From Callorhinchus milii (Eukaryota), in the NCBI RefSeq assembly GCF_018977255.1, contig NW_024704743.1, positions 16,618,001-16,682,000 of the forward strand: a stretch of DNA of 64,000 nt, written 5' to 3'. Positions 24,728 through 63,870 of this stretch are shown piece by piece. Within the stretch, counting starts at the first letter, position 1. The number at the start of each line of letters is the position of its first letter. The position numbers and the translations under genes are program-made. The notes beneath the pieces are model-generated. The model saw only the letters and a program-made list of their open reading frames with translations. It was not told where the DNA came from and did not search any database.

Positions 24728-25564
24728 GGAGTTGCAGTTTGCTGTCAGCACAAATAAGACAAGTGTTAATTGTGCCAAATGTCCATCAGTCTTAGACAGT
24801 AAAACAATATTGTCTTATAATTTAAGATAATACTCCTTGCATTTGATGTAGCGCCATATCAAGTCTCAAAGGGCTTCACAGGATTTACTGTGTATTTTGT
24901 AGGTGAACATGGCAATCAATTTGAAGGACGGCACATCGCACAATGGGTGCTCTTCAGCACCGCATTGGAGTGCCAGAAGTCCAGTACTGCTCTATAATTT
25001 ATTATTTACTTATTTTAATTAAAGAACTGTTAGAAAAATAGATTACTGCAGCATGAAAATTCACAACTGAACCTACAGTATTGCATGAGATCAAGCTTCA
25101 TATCAAGTAGGATTCGATAAGCCCAAAACTATTCAAAGCTTGTTACTAGATCATACACACGCATCATTAGGCATCTCAGGAGTCAGCAAAAACTAATAGC
25201 ACAGATGACAACCTTTGAGTCTGGTGTATGTGCTAATTCCCTCATTGGAGTTCTGGTACAAGTTCCCCCTCTGCTGTAATTCCCTGCTCTCCCCCATATC
25301 CTTTGATTGTCAGTTTGGCTCATTGATAATATTATTGTCTCTGGATCAGATGATTGTGGGTTCAAGTCCCATATCAGAACATGAGCCCATAAGCTAATGC
25401 TCAGATGCAAAGTCTTGCCCGCTAGTTTCCGATGGACACTGAAGATCCCTTATACTGTTCAAACAAAAGAGTTGCTCTCAGTGCTCTGGCCAACAATGCT
25501 CCAGATAAATTAGCTGTTCACCTTATTGCTGTTTTAAGGAACCTTATTGGCGCAAATGGCTACC

Positions 25565-26600
25565 AACAACAACTTGGATTTATATAGCGCCCTCCACACC
25601 GGGCAGTGTCTCAGAGTGCTTTACAGTAATGGATCCCGGGGCTGAGCCAGGGGGATGGGGAGGAAGGTGATCAAAGGCGCAGTCGAAGAGAAAGGTCTTC
25701 AGCAGAGACCTGAAAATAGGAAGAGAGGGAGTGAGGCGAAGGGAGTGAGGAAGTGAGTTCCAGAGCCTCAGGGCATAGTGGCTGAAGGCACGGCCGCTGA
25801 GGGTGGAGTGGAGAACTTGGGGGATGAGGAGGAGGCCAGACCCGGAGGAACAAAGGCAACGGGTACTGTTTTGAGGAGAGAGGTCAGAGAGATAGGGGGG
25901 TGCAGAGGAGTGGAGGCATTTGAATGCAAGGGTGAGGATCTTGAAGTCGATCCTCTCTGGGACAAGCAGCCAATGCAGTCTGGCAAGGACTGGGGTGATC
26001 GGGGAGTGGAGTTTGGTGCAGGTGAGAATGCGGGCGGCAGAGTTTCCTACAAAAACAGTGACTATAATTAATAGGAAACAACGACAATTGACAGCAAACA
26101 ATAATTACTTGTGAAGCACTTTGAGATGTGATAAATGTTATAAAATATATGTCGAGCTGGGGGGAAAGAGAAGGTGACTGAAGGCAAGGACGAAGAGGAA
26201 AGGCGAAGGAAGGTGCAAGGCAGAGGGATTGAAAGAGTTCCAAAGTTTTGTGGGTAGTAGCTAAAAGCATGGCTGTCAATGGTGGAGCGGAGGGGCGCAG
26301 GAGAATGGAGTCAGGTGAGCAGAGGAGGCAGGAAGGGGAGTAAGCATATGGGAGAGGAAGGGATGTGCCAGGGCACGAAAAGATTTGTAGATGAGTACGA
26401 GGTTCTTGAAGTTGAGCCGCTCTGTGATAGGGAGCCAGTGAAGCATAGCAAGGACTGGTGAATATATGGGCGGGGGAGTTTTGGATTAGTTGGAATTTTG
26501 TGAATAGTGGAGCTGGGAAGACCGATGCGGAGGGCATTGGAATAATCGAGCCGGGAGGTGACAAAGGCGTGGGCGAGGGTCTCCCTCAGGCACACACCCA
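25565..26600 (-). mobile_element. Two adjacent 5'-truncated L2 3' fragments
   Basis: AARILT..HSPITPVLARLHWL..RIDFKIL (25580-26045) and HAFVTSRLDYSNA (26150-26600). Confidence 0.88.
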
Positions 26601-29453
26601 TGTACATCGTCAAAAATTGTTTTTAAACTCCACCTCCTTCTTCCGGTGACAATCTTTAATTTATGTCCTCTGACAACTGACTTGCGAAATAGCGGAAATA
26701 TTCTTTCACTATCTGTAAAAATCCTCACTGCTGAAAGCTAGCAAATTAACCTGGGTTATAAGCTCCATACTTCTGTTTGACTTGTTAGATGACTAACCCA
26801 ATGATGTAATCTTTATTAAACAGTCCTAACTAAATGTCTGCCCTATGGCTCTGTATCAAGGACATTCTGATCTTTATACAAGGTAATTCATACTTGCAAA
26901 TGTTAAGTGTCTAAACCTGTGCGTGTAAACTAAGTGAATGAGAACTTTGTTACAGCACAGAAAGTATGTTCATGTTCTCAACATTCACTTCTTTACAATA
27001 CAGAACAGCTTTAGAGTTGATAAATAATATTCAATATACATTAGTAAAAGAAAAATACAATGTTCCTTAACTAAATTATTAATAGACATCGCTTTTTTCA
27101 TCCCACATCATTTAAATCTCTCCTCCCCTTCAAGAGGAATTTAATCTTGAACATTTTTGAAGGTTCATTTTGCCACTTACTGAAATATCCAGCTCAATAA
27201 AGGCAACAGAATATGTGTGATCATCGAAGAGTCCAATTTGCAAATTTGTTTCTGAAATGAAGATACAACAGTTATATTTTTACAGTGCCTTTCATGTAAA
27301 CAAATGTCCCAAAGTACTTCACAAAATGAGAATTAGAACAAACAGAATGTTATTTAGACAAATACAGCAACCAATCTGCGCTCACAATGTCCCAAATTGC
27401 TGATTAACCTGAAATTAGTATTTACATTACAGAATAGTTCATTAGAAAGATGCTGTACAAAATGCAAGAATTATTATTAGAAAGTGAGTAATAAATATGT
27501 GGTACAGTCTACTCATGTATTAACAAATTAAAGAGAAACAAAAGGCCTCTAGATAGTAAGATCCAGGATAAGTTTAAGAGTTCCAGCTTTAAGGTCCTGA
27601 CAAAGAATAAGATAGATGGTGCATTAAGCTAGTTTCAACACATTTTGTTTGGGTCAGCCGGGTATCTGACACACGTGGAAATCCACCAGCATACTTAAAG
27701 AGTATCCAAACCAAACCGAGAGTCCCATGCAGCCCACCTACATACTGAAATTCCTGTGTTTGGAATGTAACGTGCACTCTCTCCCCAGAGGAACACATCC
27801 TGTTCATCTAATTCTGGAGAGTATGAGGCACAGTTTGGCAAGGACCCAAGGCTTGGGAACCCCCAGAATGAGCTTTGGGGTACTGCTGGAATTTCACCAG
27901 CTTAGAACCTCATAACTTGCCACTGAAAACACTGTCTGGCTAGCTTTCTGTTGCTTGTCTAGCTGGGACCACCCTTCCCAATTGGTCAATGCAATAAAGA
28001 TATAAGGAGGAAGAGCTTATAGTGAAGTACAGTGTATTGAGAGGAGCAAGAAGTGGAAATTGAGAGAAAAAAATTATTGCAGCAATACCCAAAAGTGATT
28101 TTTTTTGGCCAACCAGGAGACGGTGACACAAAGACGAGAATTGTTGAAGATAGATTAAGGCTAAAGAGGAGGGATTTTTTTCGAATTCATGATAAATATT
28201 TTACTACTTCCTGTTCAGGAGTGTGAGAGAGGTACCAAAATAACTTCATGAGATATGGGAGCAGTATCCATGTTTTGGCCCAATTTGGGCTTGGTAGACA
28301 GTTAAGAGCTTTGAGAGGACAATATATAGCACAAAATATAAAATGAAAGTACAGAAATAGAATGTGCAGTACATTATTAATATAATTATCAATATTATCT
28401 TTCTTGTGACAGTAACTGACCAATAAGAGTGGGAGGAAATGTTTCCCCTAAATCATTAATCTGCTGTCCTATGTAAGTAAGTCTGGAATCTTTCCTTACT
28501 TTATTTCGCTGCTGATAAACTTGTCAACAGCAGGATTTTAAAACATTTGAACACTGAAACAAAAATCAAACTCTGGTCTTATACTGTTGAGTTTTCTGAT
28601 CATAATCCAAATGATTCTAGAGGTAAGAATAGTCAAAATCAGAAACTTGGATACTCCAAAACAACAGACAGCTCTCAAACTCCAAGATTCACGAAAGAAT
28701 TTGTGACTAACGAATCATGAAAGTAACCAGATGCGTCAGAGGCTGACTTGCTGAAACTATGCTCCGACACCGATCTTCCAGTTCCCACTTCCAGAGTTTT
28801 TTTTCCCCACAGCCAGAAGTGGCCAACAGAGGCTTCTACTGTTCGGCACGAGATTTTCATAAATCAGCACTCAGGAATATGCCTCTACCACATCTGGGAA
28901 TGTGCAGGATTCATTAGATAAAGTCCTTTTGCTACGATCATAAATGAGCCACCCAGAGTAAAGCAGTTTTGGACTCTGAAACTTATACACAGCTGGATCC
29001 AAGGTGACATGAGGTAACACTGATGTAATGGAACACTAATGTGCTATTTTAGATCCAGTTGATGTCCTGGAAGCTGGATTTCAAAGCTCTAAAATTTTAC
29101 CCTAACATGATTACATTGTTGAGCTTCTGAGCTGCCCCACTAATAACCATGTGAATGTTTAACTGGATGTGCTAAACATTTACATGGCTAGTCAACTGCA
29201 GCAGCCGTGAAGCTTAGAAATATATTCTGTTGCAGATTTCTGATTCACTGGCTATGTTGCTGTCGAGCACATCTTGATGCAAACAAGCTGTGGAAAAAAA
29301 GATACGGGAGCAGAAATAAACACTGATCCTGTTAAGCATTTCCACAAAATTTCTCCAGTGGCTGACTGACTAAATGGCTCACTCGCAGGGCAAGATTACA
29401 AGAGAAGCAAGGATGAAGAAGGCCCTTCTGCCCTTAAGTTATAAAGTCTAGAA

Positions 29454-29642
29454 CAGAGGTGGCCCGCAGAGCTATCAAGAAGTGGCCGCTAGGCATTCGC
29501 ACTAGTCAAGGTAAGTCAGTGTTCAATCAATAGTGTGTTTCCAGTTTTTTCTTGATGGAATATTTCCTGATTATTTATGGCATGAATCAAGAAATATTCA
29601 ATCAAGATTTTGTTGGCCGACTATATAGGCTGTCCACCACTG
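29454..29642. mobile_element. hAT-type MITE (189 bp)
   Basis: Perfect 8-bp TSD GTCTAGAA (29446-29453 and 29643-29650); imperfect TIRs CAGAGGTGG / CCACCACTG. Confidence 0.8.
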
Positions 29643-30294
29643 GTCTAGAAGATCACTGACTTGAAACCTGGACTCTTCTGATTCAGTTAATCTTCAATAG
29701 GGCACTACCATGGGACCTGTTTAAACATCTCTTCCAAAAAACAGCACCTCTTGACAATACAGAGCTTCCCCCAATATTGTTCTGAAGTTGCAACCTAGAC
29801 GGTGACACCTTACTAAAGTTATTTGACCCAAGTTCTCTGATACATGTGAAATTCTGCTAAACATACAACAGGCATGGGATACTCCCAGCAATCTATCCCC
29901 ATGAGTAGACTTCAGCAATACATTGCAGGACTAATATTTTCTAGCACATTCTGATCGTACGAGAAGCAGGAATTTCTGTGATAAATGTAGTTAAGCAACA
30001 ATTTAATGCAATTGTAACAATCATCGTTTCATACAGTGACTTAACAGTGATAGAAAGTGAATGGAAAAAACTTCAAATACAATCCCACACAATACAGCAC
30101 TAACTTTTCATGCATTTGCTCTCAATCCCTCAATCGCTCCCTAACTCCTCTCATTGCCTGTCTTTCACACACTCAATCTTTCAACAATTTGTACTTATAC
30201 GGCATCCTTCATGTGGGAAAACACCTCAATTTACCTCACAGAAACAGAGTAAAAACAAGGCTGGAGATGGGGTTAGAGTCAGGGAAGCATTATC

Positions 30295-30850
30295 AACAAC
30301 AACTTGGATTTATATAGCGTCGCTCATGCAGGGTAGCTTTCCGACCACTTGACAGTGGCGGAGCACTTTGCCAAGCCGAGGGGGGAGGTGACCGTAGGCA
30401 CGGTCGAAGAGGAAAGTCTTCAGGCGTGATCTGAAGATGGGGAAGAAAGGGACCAGCCGGAAGGATAGAGGAAGAGTGATCCTGAGGTTTGTGGCGCAGT
30501 GGCTGAAAGCGCGGCCATCGATGGTGGAACAGAGGGCTACAAGGGATATGCAGGAGTCTGGAGCCAATCGAGTGGAGGCAGCGGGTTGGGGAGTAAGCTG
30601 GTTGGAAAGGTAGGGAGGTATCAGGGCATGAAGGGATTTGAAAACAAAGTAAGGATCTTGAGATTGATCTTTTCAGCGATAGGGAGCCAGTGGAGCCGGA
30701 CTAGTACTGGTGTGATGGAGTTTAGTACGGGTGAATATGCGGGCTTTGGAATTATGGATCAGCTGGATTTTCTAGAGGATGGAGCTGGGGAGAGCAGCAA
30801 GGAGGGCATTTGAATAATTGAGGCGGCAGGTGACGAACATATGGACGAGT
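30295..30850 (-). mobile_element. L2 3' fragment
   Basis: GRAFSH..FRSRLKTFLF and a (CAA)n tail like the other copies. Confidence 0.85.
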
Positions 30851-31504
30851 GATGGAAAGCACAATCAGAGATAGGTTTTTAAGAAGGGTTTTCAAAGTGG
30901 AAAGGATGGCTTATAGAGAATGGGAGCAAGGTATCCCTCTCTCACACAGACACACTCCGTATCTCTCTCTTTCCTTTACACTCCATCACCTCTCTCTCTC
31001 ACACAAACTGTACCTCTCATTCACACACTGCACCTCTCTATCACATACTCTCACACACACACACACACAAACATAACACTGTACCTCTCTCCCTGCCTGT
31101 CACACACACATGCACTGCTCCTCCCTGCCTGTCACTCATAATCTACTCCTCCCTGTCCGTGAAACAACAACTTGCAGTTATATGGCACCCTTCAGACAGC
31201 ACAGTGTCTCGAAGTGCTGTCACTGTATCACACATTGTACCTTAATCTCTCTCGGACTCTCACATAACACAAACTTTCTTTATCACACATGGTACCTCTC
31301 TCTTTATCACACACTGTACCTCTCACACACAATGTACCTCTCTCTAGATATATCACACTGTACTTCTCCCTATCACATACTGTAGCTCTCTCACACACAG
31401 TACCTCTCTCTCACACATACACTATACCTCTTTCAGACTCTCACACAGACACTGTACCTCTCTCTCACGCACACTTACATGTTACCGCTCTCACACACAC
31501 ACAC

Positions 31505-32475
31505 CAGCAACAACAACAAAATTACATTTCTTTAGCACTTTCATGTCGGGAGGACGTCCCAAGGTGCTGGACAATTAATATTTTGGACCAGAGCTGGGGG
31601 TCAGGATCGGAGGGCGGGGGGGGGAAGGAAGGTGACCAAAGGCATGGTCACAGAGGGGGGTCTTGGGATGGGTCTTGAAGGAGGCAAGGGAGGGGCGAGG
31701 CGGAGGGACTGCAGGAGTTTCAGAGGATGGGGGCAGAGTGGCAGAAGGCTCGCCCGCCAATGGTGGCGCTGCGAGGCGGGTGACATGAAGCAGGCCGGAG
31801 GGAGTGGGCAGGTTGGTAGAGGATTAGGAGGTTACAGAGGTAGGGGGGAGCAAGGCCATGGAGGGCTTTGAAGGTGAGGACCAGGATCTTGAACTGTATC
31901 CTGTGTCATGGGAAGCCAGTGGAGTCGGGTGAGGATGGGGGTGATAGGGTTGCGAAGACTGGTGACAGGCGACACGGAAATCCGATTGGAGGGGTTCGTG
32001 AAGAGAGTGGCGGGAGAGGAAGGAGCAAAGCTGGGAAGCAACAACTCGTTCCAGGACCTTGGAAAGGGAGATTGGAGATGGGACGGTAGTTTGAGAGCAG
32101 AGATGGGTCCAGTGAGCGTTCTTTAAGGATAGGAATGATGACGGCGTTTTTTTTAAACGTGTGGGAACAGTGGTGAACAGGGAAAGGTTTATGATGTCTG
32201 TGGGAGGTGGAGCTGGGAGGTGAGGAGAGGAGAAGGGATGGGGTCAACGGAGCAGGTGGTTGGTTTCATGTGGGTTATGGTGGTGGTGAGAATGGAGGAG
32301 GAAACAGGTTTGAGGTGTGGAGGGAGGGATGGGTAGGGACCGTGGTGTGAGGGGGAGATAGGAAAGGGGTAGTGGTCATAAGGGCAGAGGCAGCTGAGAT
32401 GATACCCTGGACTTTGATTTTGAGGAAGTCCAGCATCGCCTCACAGCTGGCACTGGAGGAGAGAATAGGCCAAGC
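31505..32475 (-). mobile_element. L2 fragment with internal deletions
   Basis: AVIIPILK..LDPSLLSNYRPISNLPF joined closely to PITPILTRLHWLP and the 3' end. Confidence 0.85.
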
Positions 32476-32485
32476 GTGAGAGACG

Positions 32486-33089
32486 CTGTACCTCTCTCTG
32501 TCTCTCTGTCTCTCACACACATACATACACACACAGACACCTCTCTCTCTCGCACACACACTATCTCTCTCACACACTGTACCCCTCTCGCTCTCACACA
32601 CTGTACCCCCCGCTCGCTCTCACACACTGTACCCCCCGCTCTCTCTCACACTGTACCCCCCGCTCGCTCTCACACACTGTACCCTCTCTCTCTCACACTG
32701 TACCCCTCTCTCCCTCACACACTGTACCTCTCTCTCTCTATATATACTCCCCTCCCTCTCTCTCTGTGTATCTCTCTGTACCCCTCTCTCTCTCTCTGTA
32801 CCCCTCTTTCTCACACACACTGTACCCCCCTCTCTCTCTCCCTGTACCTCTCTCTCTCACACACACACTGTACCCCTCTCTCTCTCTCTCTCACACACAC
32901 TGTACCCCTCTCTCTCTCACACACGCACACTGTACCCCTCTCTCTCTCTCTGTACCTCTCTCTCTCTCTCTCACACACACACTGTACCCCTCTCTCTCTC
33001 ACACACACACTGTACCCCTCTCTCTCTCACACACACACACTGTACCCCTCTCTCTCTGTACCTCTCTCTCACACACACACACTGTACCC

Positions 33090-33122
<33 letters not shown>

Positions 33123-33263
33123 TGTACCTCTCTCTCTCTCTGTACCTCTCTCTCTCACACACACTGTACCCCCCCTCTCTCTCTCTCTCACACACACACA
33201 CACTGTACCTCTCTCTCTCTCACACACACACACTGTACCCCTCTCTCTCTCTCTCTGTGTACC

Positions 33264-33297
<34 letters not shown>

Positions 33298-33527
33298 TGT
33301 ACCTCTCTCTCTCTCTGTACCTCTCTCTCTCTCACACACACACTGTACCCCTCTCTCTCTCTCTGTGTATCTCTCTGTACCTCTCTCGCTCTGTGTGTGT
33401 GTGTGTGTGTGTGTACCCCTCTCTCTCTCTCTGTACCTCTCTCTCGCTCTGTACCTCTCTCTCTCTCTCTGTACCTCTCTCTCTCTGTACCCCTCTCTCT
33501 GTACCCCCCTCTCTCTCTCTCTGTACT

Positions 33528-33561
<34 letters not shown>

Positions 33562-34430
33562 TGTATCCCTCTCTCTGTGTATCTCTCTGTACCTCTCTCT
33601 CTCTGTATCTCTCTCCGTATCTCTCTCTCTGCCTCTCTCTCTCTCTGTATCTCTCTGTATCTCTCTGTACCTCTCTCTCTCTCTATACCTCTCTCTCTCT
33701 CTGTACCCCCCTCTCTCTCTCTATACTTCTCTCTCTCTCTCTCTCACACACACACACTGTACCCCTCTCTCTGTGTATCTCTCTGTACCTCTCTCTCTCT
33801 CTCTGTACCTCTCTCTCTCTGTACCTCTCTCTCTCTGTACCCCTCTCTCTCTCTGTACCCCTCTCTCTCTCTGTACCCCTCTCTCTCTCTGTACCCCTCT
33901 CTCTCTCCCTCTCTGTACCCCTCTCCCTCTCTGTACCCCTCTCTCTCTCTGTACCTCTCTCTCTCTCTGTACCCCTCTCTCTCTCTGTACCCCTCTCTCT
34001 GTACCTCTCTCTCTCTGTACCCCTCTCTCTCTCTGTACCCCTCTCTCTCTCCCTCTCTGTACCCCTCTCCCTCTCTGTACCCCTCTCTCTGTATCTCTCT
34101 CTCTCTGTACCCCTCTCTCTCTCTGTACCCCTCTCTCTCTCTGTACCCCTCTCTCTCTCTGTACCCCTCTCCCTCTCTGTACCCCTCTCTCTCTCTCTGT
34201 ACCTCTCTCTCTCTCTCTGTACCCCTCTCTCTGTACCTCTCTCTCTCTGTACCCCTCTCTCTCTCTGTACCCCTCTCTCTATCTCTGTATCTCTCTCTCT
34301 CTCTGTACCCCTCTCTCTGTACCTCTCTCTCTCTGTACCCCTCTCCCTCTCTGTACCCCTCTCTCTATCTCTGTACCTCTCTCTCTCTGTACCCCTCTCT
34401 CTCTCTGTACCTCTCTCTCTCTCTCTCACA
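32486..34430. repeat. CTGTACC(CC)(TC)n(AC)n tandem array in CCDC127 intron 1 (degenerate part at 30930-31500)
   Basis: Read directly from sequence; the array and its degenerate part are separated by the L2 fragment at 31505-32475. Confidence 0.95.
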
Positions 34431-34725
34431 CTCCGCTCTCCGTCTCTCGGCAGTGGCACAGTGAGAGCTGTACCATGACACCCGGGGGAGCGCCCCACCC
34501 GCCCCCTCCACAGCGTGTCCGCCGCCCACAGACAGATACAGACCGTGACAGGTGTTTGGGATACGAGCTGAGGGTTTCCTCAGTATCCCACGTGCTCAGT
34601 GCGGCCGCTCCCCCTCAGTGACTGAGAGGGGAGGATCCCCCCCCCCGCGCCCCCCCCGCGCCGCCAGTGGTTGGTCCCGCGGGTTCAGGGAGCTGCTGCG
34701 CAGGCGCGAGGTCACAGGAGCAAAG

Positions 34726-59537
<24,812 letters not shown>

Positions 59538-59644
59538 ATGTCATGAGACAAGTATATCAGTTACAGGCATAAAAATGTACATGGTTAAAGCAGCGACATG
59601 TTCGTATTTGGTTATAATAATAATAATATTCTGTCCTAATGAAA

Positions 59645-59650
59645 AATAAA
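59645..59650 (+). terminator. Candidate SDHA polyadenylation signal
   Basis: AATAAA about 110 nt after the stop, with T-rich sequence downstream. Confidence 0.6.
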
Positions 59651-62600
59651 ACATTTGCAGTTCTACTACACATTTTAACTGTTTTAATTTAAAGTACTGT
59701 ACATAATGGACAAACTATTCCATATTAAAGTGGGCAAACTTATCAAGAAACAGTTCTAGATATTTACATGAAATGGAGGTGAAAATGTGACTTTCACTAA
59801 TTGGAAGTCGCTGTGCTAATTGTGACTCACTGGATTTAACTAAAATTGCACCTTTCAGTAAGACGTTCGCTTAAAATTTGAGTTCTTGAAGGCCAGCAAA
59901 TCTTGTTTGAGGTCACTGCTTTGATTTCCGACCTTTTGTCACTTGAGAAAACAAAACATTAATGCGCTTTTCCAAGCAAAAGGTTTGCAAAAGCGCATTT
60001 CGAACCCAACTTGTTTTATTCCTTAAAAATGCTCCACTCGCTGCATGGGCTTTACTGATGCAATATTGCTGAATAATATAACTATGTTATAATTTCAAAC
60101 TAAAGTAGAGGTTATAATCTTCTTATAGAACATACCTGCTGTCCTGTTGGTTTAATGTAATGGAATCATTATCAGTAACGACAAAACTCATAACTCTTCT
60201 AAATGTTTACCCAATTTCAGTTGAACTATGAATTAAGGAGATCAGACACAAATGAAAGGGAAGATGATTGATGATCTTTACAGAATGCTTTAAGTTCTCT
60301 TGCTTGATTGTAAAAAAGATGAATTTTCTTTGCTACTGGAGTACTAACTTAGAATGGCCCAAGTATGTGTTGGCTGTTGCAGGGATATTATCGTTCTTCA
60401 AGAAGGAATAATGGTCATGTGCCATATTCACTGTGTGTTACATTGCTCTAAAATGTATTTTCAAAACAAAGTATTGCTTTATTTGCAAAAATTATTTAAA
60501 CTGATGTTTTTTTCTAATTTCACAATACTGTTCCAAATAAAGCAATGAATGAAGCATCCACATTGCTCTTCAAAGTCCTTAGAAGTCGTATTGTCATGTT
60601 TGTGAGGAAAAAGCATTTGACGTTCGACCTTACTACTGGTCATGTTGTTGTTGATGATGATGATGCTACTAATGGGGCACTTAAAAGTAAGAATTTGTGA
60701 CAAGCATGCCAATACAGCCAGTTAGGTTACAACAATAACTTGCATTTATATAGCACCCTTCGTGTGGAGCAGCGTCTTGGAGCGCTTAACAGTGCCTGAG
60801 CAGGGGGCGGGAGGAGGTGACCATAAGCATGGTCGAAGAGGCAGGTTGTACAGGAGTACTGTGCAGTATAACTATTGCACAAATGGATTGCTGCTATGGA
60901 TGTCCAGTCTGAGCCTTGTACAAGTACATTCTTTTGATATATCGATGTGTGGATTGTGAGACTCATAAAAGGATTTGTAAATGGCAAATCTATTACGGTC
61001 AAAGCTCAGCATCAATCTCTACCAACGTCCATCAGATCGACGCCTGAAAACTTTAGAGTGAACCTTGTACATCCAGAACCTCACAATTCAGATCTCAGTG
61101 TTCACCACTTGGATCTTAGATGATGGACAGGAAGGAAATAGGTACAATTTAAAATTCTAGTTTGAATAACCACAGCACCAGAATGACAAGGTCCTCTTGG
61201 TCTTCTAGTGCTGCTAAAAGTTCAAACTTTGAACCTGGCATTCCAGAAATAGAGCTGCACTGCTGTGCTCTCCTATGGATATGATTAAATAGCCAACCGG
61301 AAAACTGAGTCTTTCAAATTTATTGCTACTTATTCAATTTAACCTCTGGGGAAGCAGATGAAATAAAGTAGAGTATCTGCTTGGGAATAAGATTTCAGTT
61401 TATAGTGAAAGGAAACTAATGCCTCCATTCTTCATTTTCACATTCTTCCGTTCACAGTCCATCTGAATCCGGACGATTGGGAATTTCACAGCGACACTTT
61501 GTCTCTCCTCCTCTGCCAGCATTAAGATATCTCTTCTGATATTGTGCGATGTGTCCTCCTCATCTGGGTTTATAAACAATTTGCCAGCTGGTCGTGCAAT
61601 GCAAAGCACTGCCACTGGGGGTACTGAAGTATAACATTTAGTGCGTGAAGAGAAATTGATGCATTTTGATAATTTTAAGTTATTGTTTAATCATAAATTG
61701 AATGTGTACGTAACCCAAACCTTGAATTCGCCTGCAAAATATACAGTCACTGCACTTCAACAGTGTACTGTATATCCTTTCGAGGCTCTTTGAGACATCC
61801 TCCTGGCATGAAAAGCACTATATCGAATGTAGGGATTATTATTAACCCTTTTTTGCATTTGTTTTGGTAATAAATGTGATCATCTTATTTACTGTTTTCC
61901 TCTTCACGTTTACTCATCATAATCATAATTATTATTATGATGAGTAAAAGTGAATAATAGTAATTATTATCATTTTGGGGATGAAATTCCTTTTGTAGTT
62001 TAGTTGCTAGTTTGATACAACAACTTGCATTTATATAGTGCCCCTTATGCAGGGTAGAGTCCCAGAGAGCTTTCATTGGAGGGATGGGGAGCAAGAAGTT
62101 AATTTGCGAGATTGGCAAATAGATTTGTAAATGGTGAATCAGTTGTGTCTCAGCCGACCCTCTGGAACTCTGCTCGCACACCAGGCCTCTGTTTCATTGT
62201 CTGTGAAGCCGGTGTCTGAGGGAGTTCAAAAGGTTGGCCCGAGTGATCCGGAGATAAATTAATTACAAATCTTTTAGCAAATCTTAGTGGGCACTTATAC
62301 TGAGTCGACAGCAAGAGTAACTTCTCCCGCTTAATTCATACCTGTATAAGCTAGTCCCTATACAATTGGTTCTTTTCCGGTTTTAAACTTGGACATCAAA
62401 ACTTCATGGAGGGAGCCTTTGATAATAATACTTGCATTTGATATAGCACCTTATCACATCTTAGAAACGTCTCAAAGCGCTTCACAGAATATACTGTAAA
62501 ATTGACTGTATATTTTGTGGGTGAAAAGCAGCAGCCAATTGGGCACAGCAGTGTCCCACAAACAGTTGTGGATTGAGTGACCACATTTTTTTTAGGGGAT

Positions 62601-63302
62601 TATTACCTCTGGAAAGTGATCTGTCAATCGCTTAACAACCGTTAGTTAACTTTTATACCTTTCTTACCAGCACTGAATGTCAGGGAGGAGGAGCTGGGTT
62701 AAAACTCTACTTGAGTGCTTAACAACTGAGATTTTGAATATACAGTCAAAATCAGGCAGCCTTTGATGTGGGGAATTCCTCAGCACAATGATTATGATAA
62801 GGCAAAGGGTGCAGGAATAATCCCACAATCTGGCTACAAAGGTTGCGCCTGAGGACTTCTCCATGCTGAAAGATCATGAGAATCGGCACTTGAATGCGGC
62901 TTAAGCAATAATAATACAGTAATATAATCTACCATTTGGTACAGCGCCTTATAACAATGTTGAGATGTGTCAAAGTGCTTCAAAAGAGTTTCCAGTAAAG
63001 TGAAATGACTATTTGCAGGAGAATGTCATGGTCAATTTGCACACAGCATTGTCCCACAAATAACTGTGAACTGATTCACCAAATTTTGTACAGGGGAGGG
63101 TTGTTGGCCAGGATAATGGGAGAAACTCCCTTCTCTCTTGCATAATGCCATGTGATCTTTCACGTCCACTTGATGAGCCAGATGGGGCTTCAGTTCCACA
63201 TTTCATCTCCGACAATGCAACACTCTCCCAGCACTGAGAGCCTGTCAGCCTAGAGACTATGAGCTCAAAATCCTGACATTCTGACTCAGAGGTGAGAGTG
63301 CC

Positions 63303-63870
63303 ACCAACAACAAGATTGCATTTATAGAGTGCCTTTCACGTCGGGAGGACATCCCAAGGCACTGGACAGTTGGGTCAGGACCCGAGCAGGGGGGAAATGG
63401 TCAGGGGGAGGGAAGGGAGGGAGTGAGGAGGGGGTAGAGAGGAGGTGAAGTCACGGTTGAAGAGAAAGGTCTTGAGATTGGCCTTGAAGGAGGAAAGGGA
63501 GGAAGCGGCGAAGGCACTGGGGGATAGAGTTCCAGAGCCTCGGGGCTGAGAGGCTGAAGGCCCGGCCACCGATGGTAGGGCGGTTGGGGCGGGGGATGTG
63601 GAGCAGACCGGAGCCAGAGGAACGGAGGGTACGGGCAGGTAGGTAGGGGGATAGTAGGTCGGAGAGGTAGGAGGGAGCAAGGCCGTGAATGGCCTTGTAG
63701 GTGAGGATGAGGATCTTGAATTTGATCCTCTGGGGGATGGGGAGCCAGTGGAGGTGAGCGAGGGTGGGAGTGATGTGGTCACGAAGCCTGGTGCGGGACA
63801 GGACACGAGCTGCCGAGCCAATCAGGAGAACCTCAGTTTTGCGCACGTTGAGCTGAAGAAAGTTGAACCA
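63303..63870 (-). mobile_element. Young L2 3' fragment with internal deletion
   Basis: NFLQLNVRKTEVLLIG joined directly to AARVLSRTRLRDHITPTLAHLHWLPIPQRIKFKIL. Confidence 0.9.

Noticed and set aside
34608..34633. CAGTGA in a hairpin upstream of SDHA as a possible iron-responsive element
   Set aside because: The stem pairs through the CAG itself (CTCAG-TGA-CTGAG). There is no 5-bp upper stem closing a CAGUGN loop and no bulged C.
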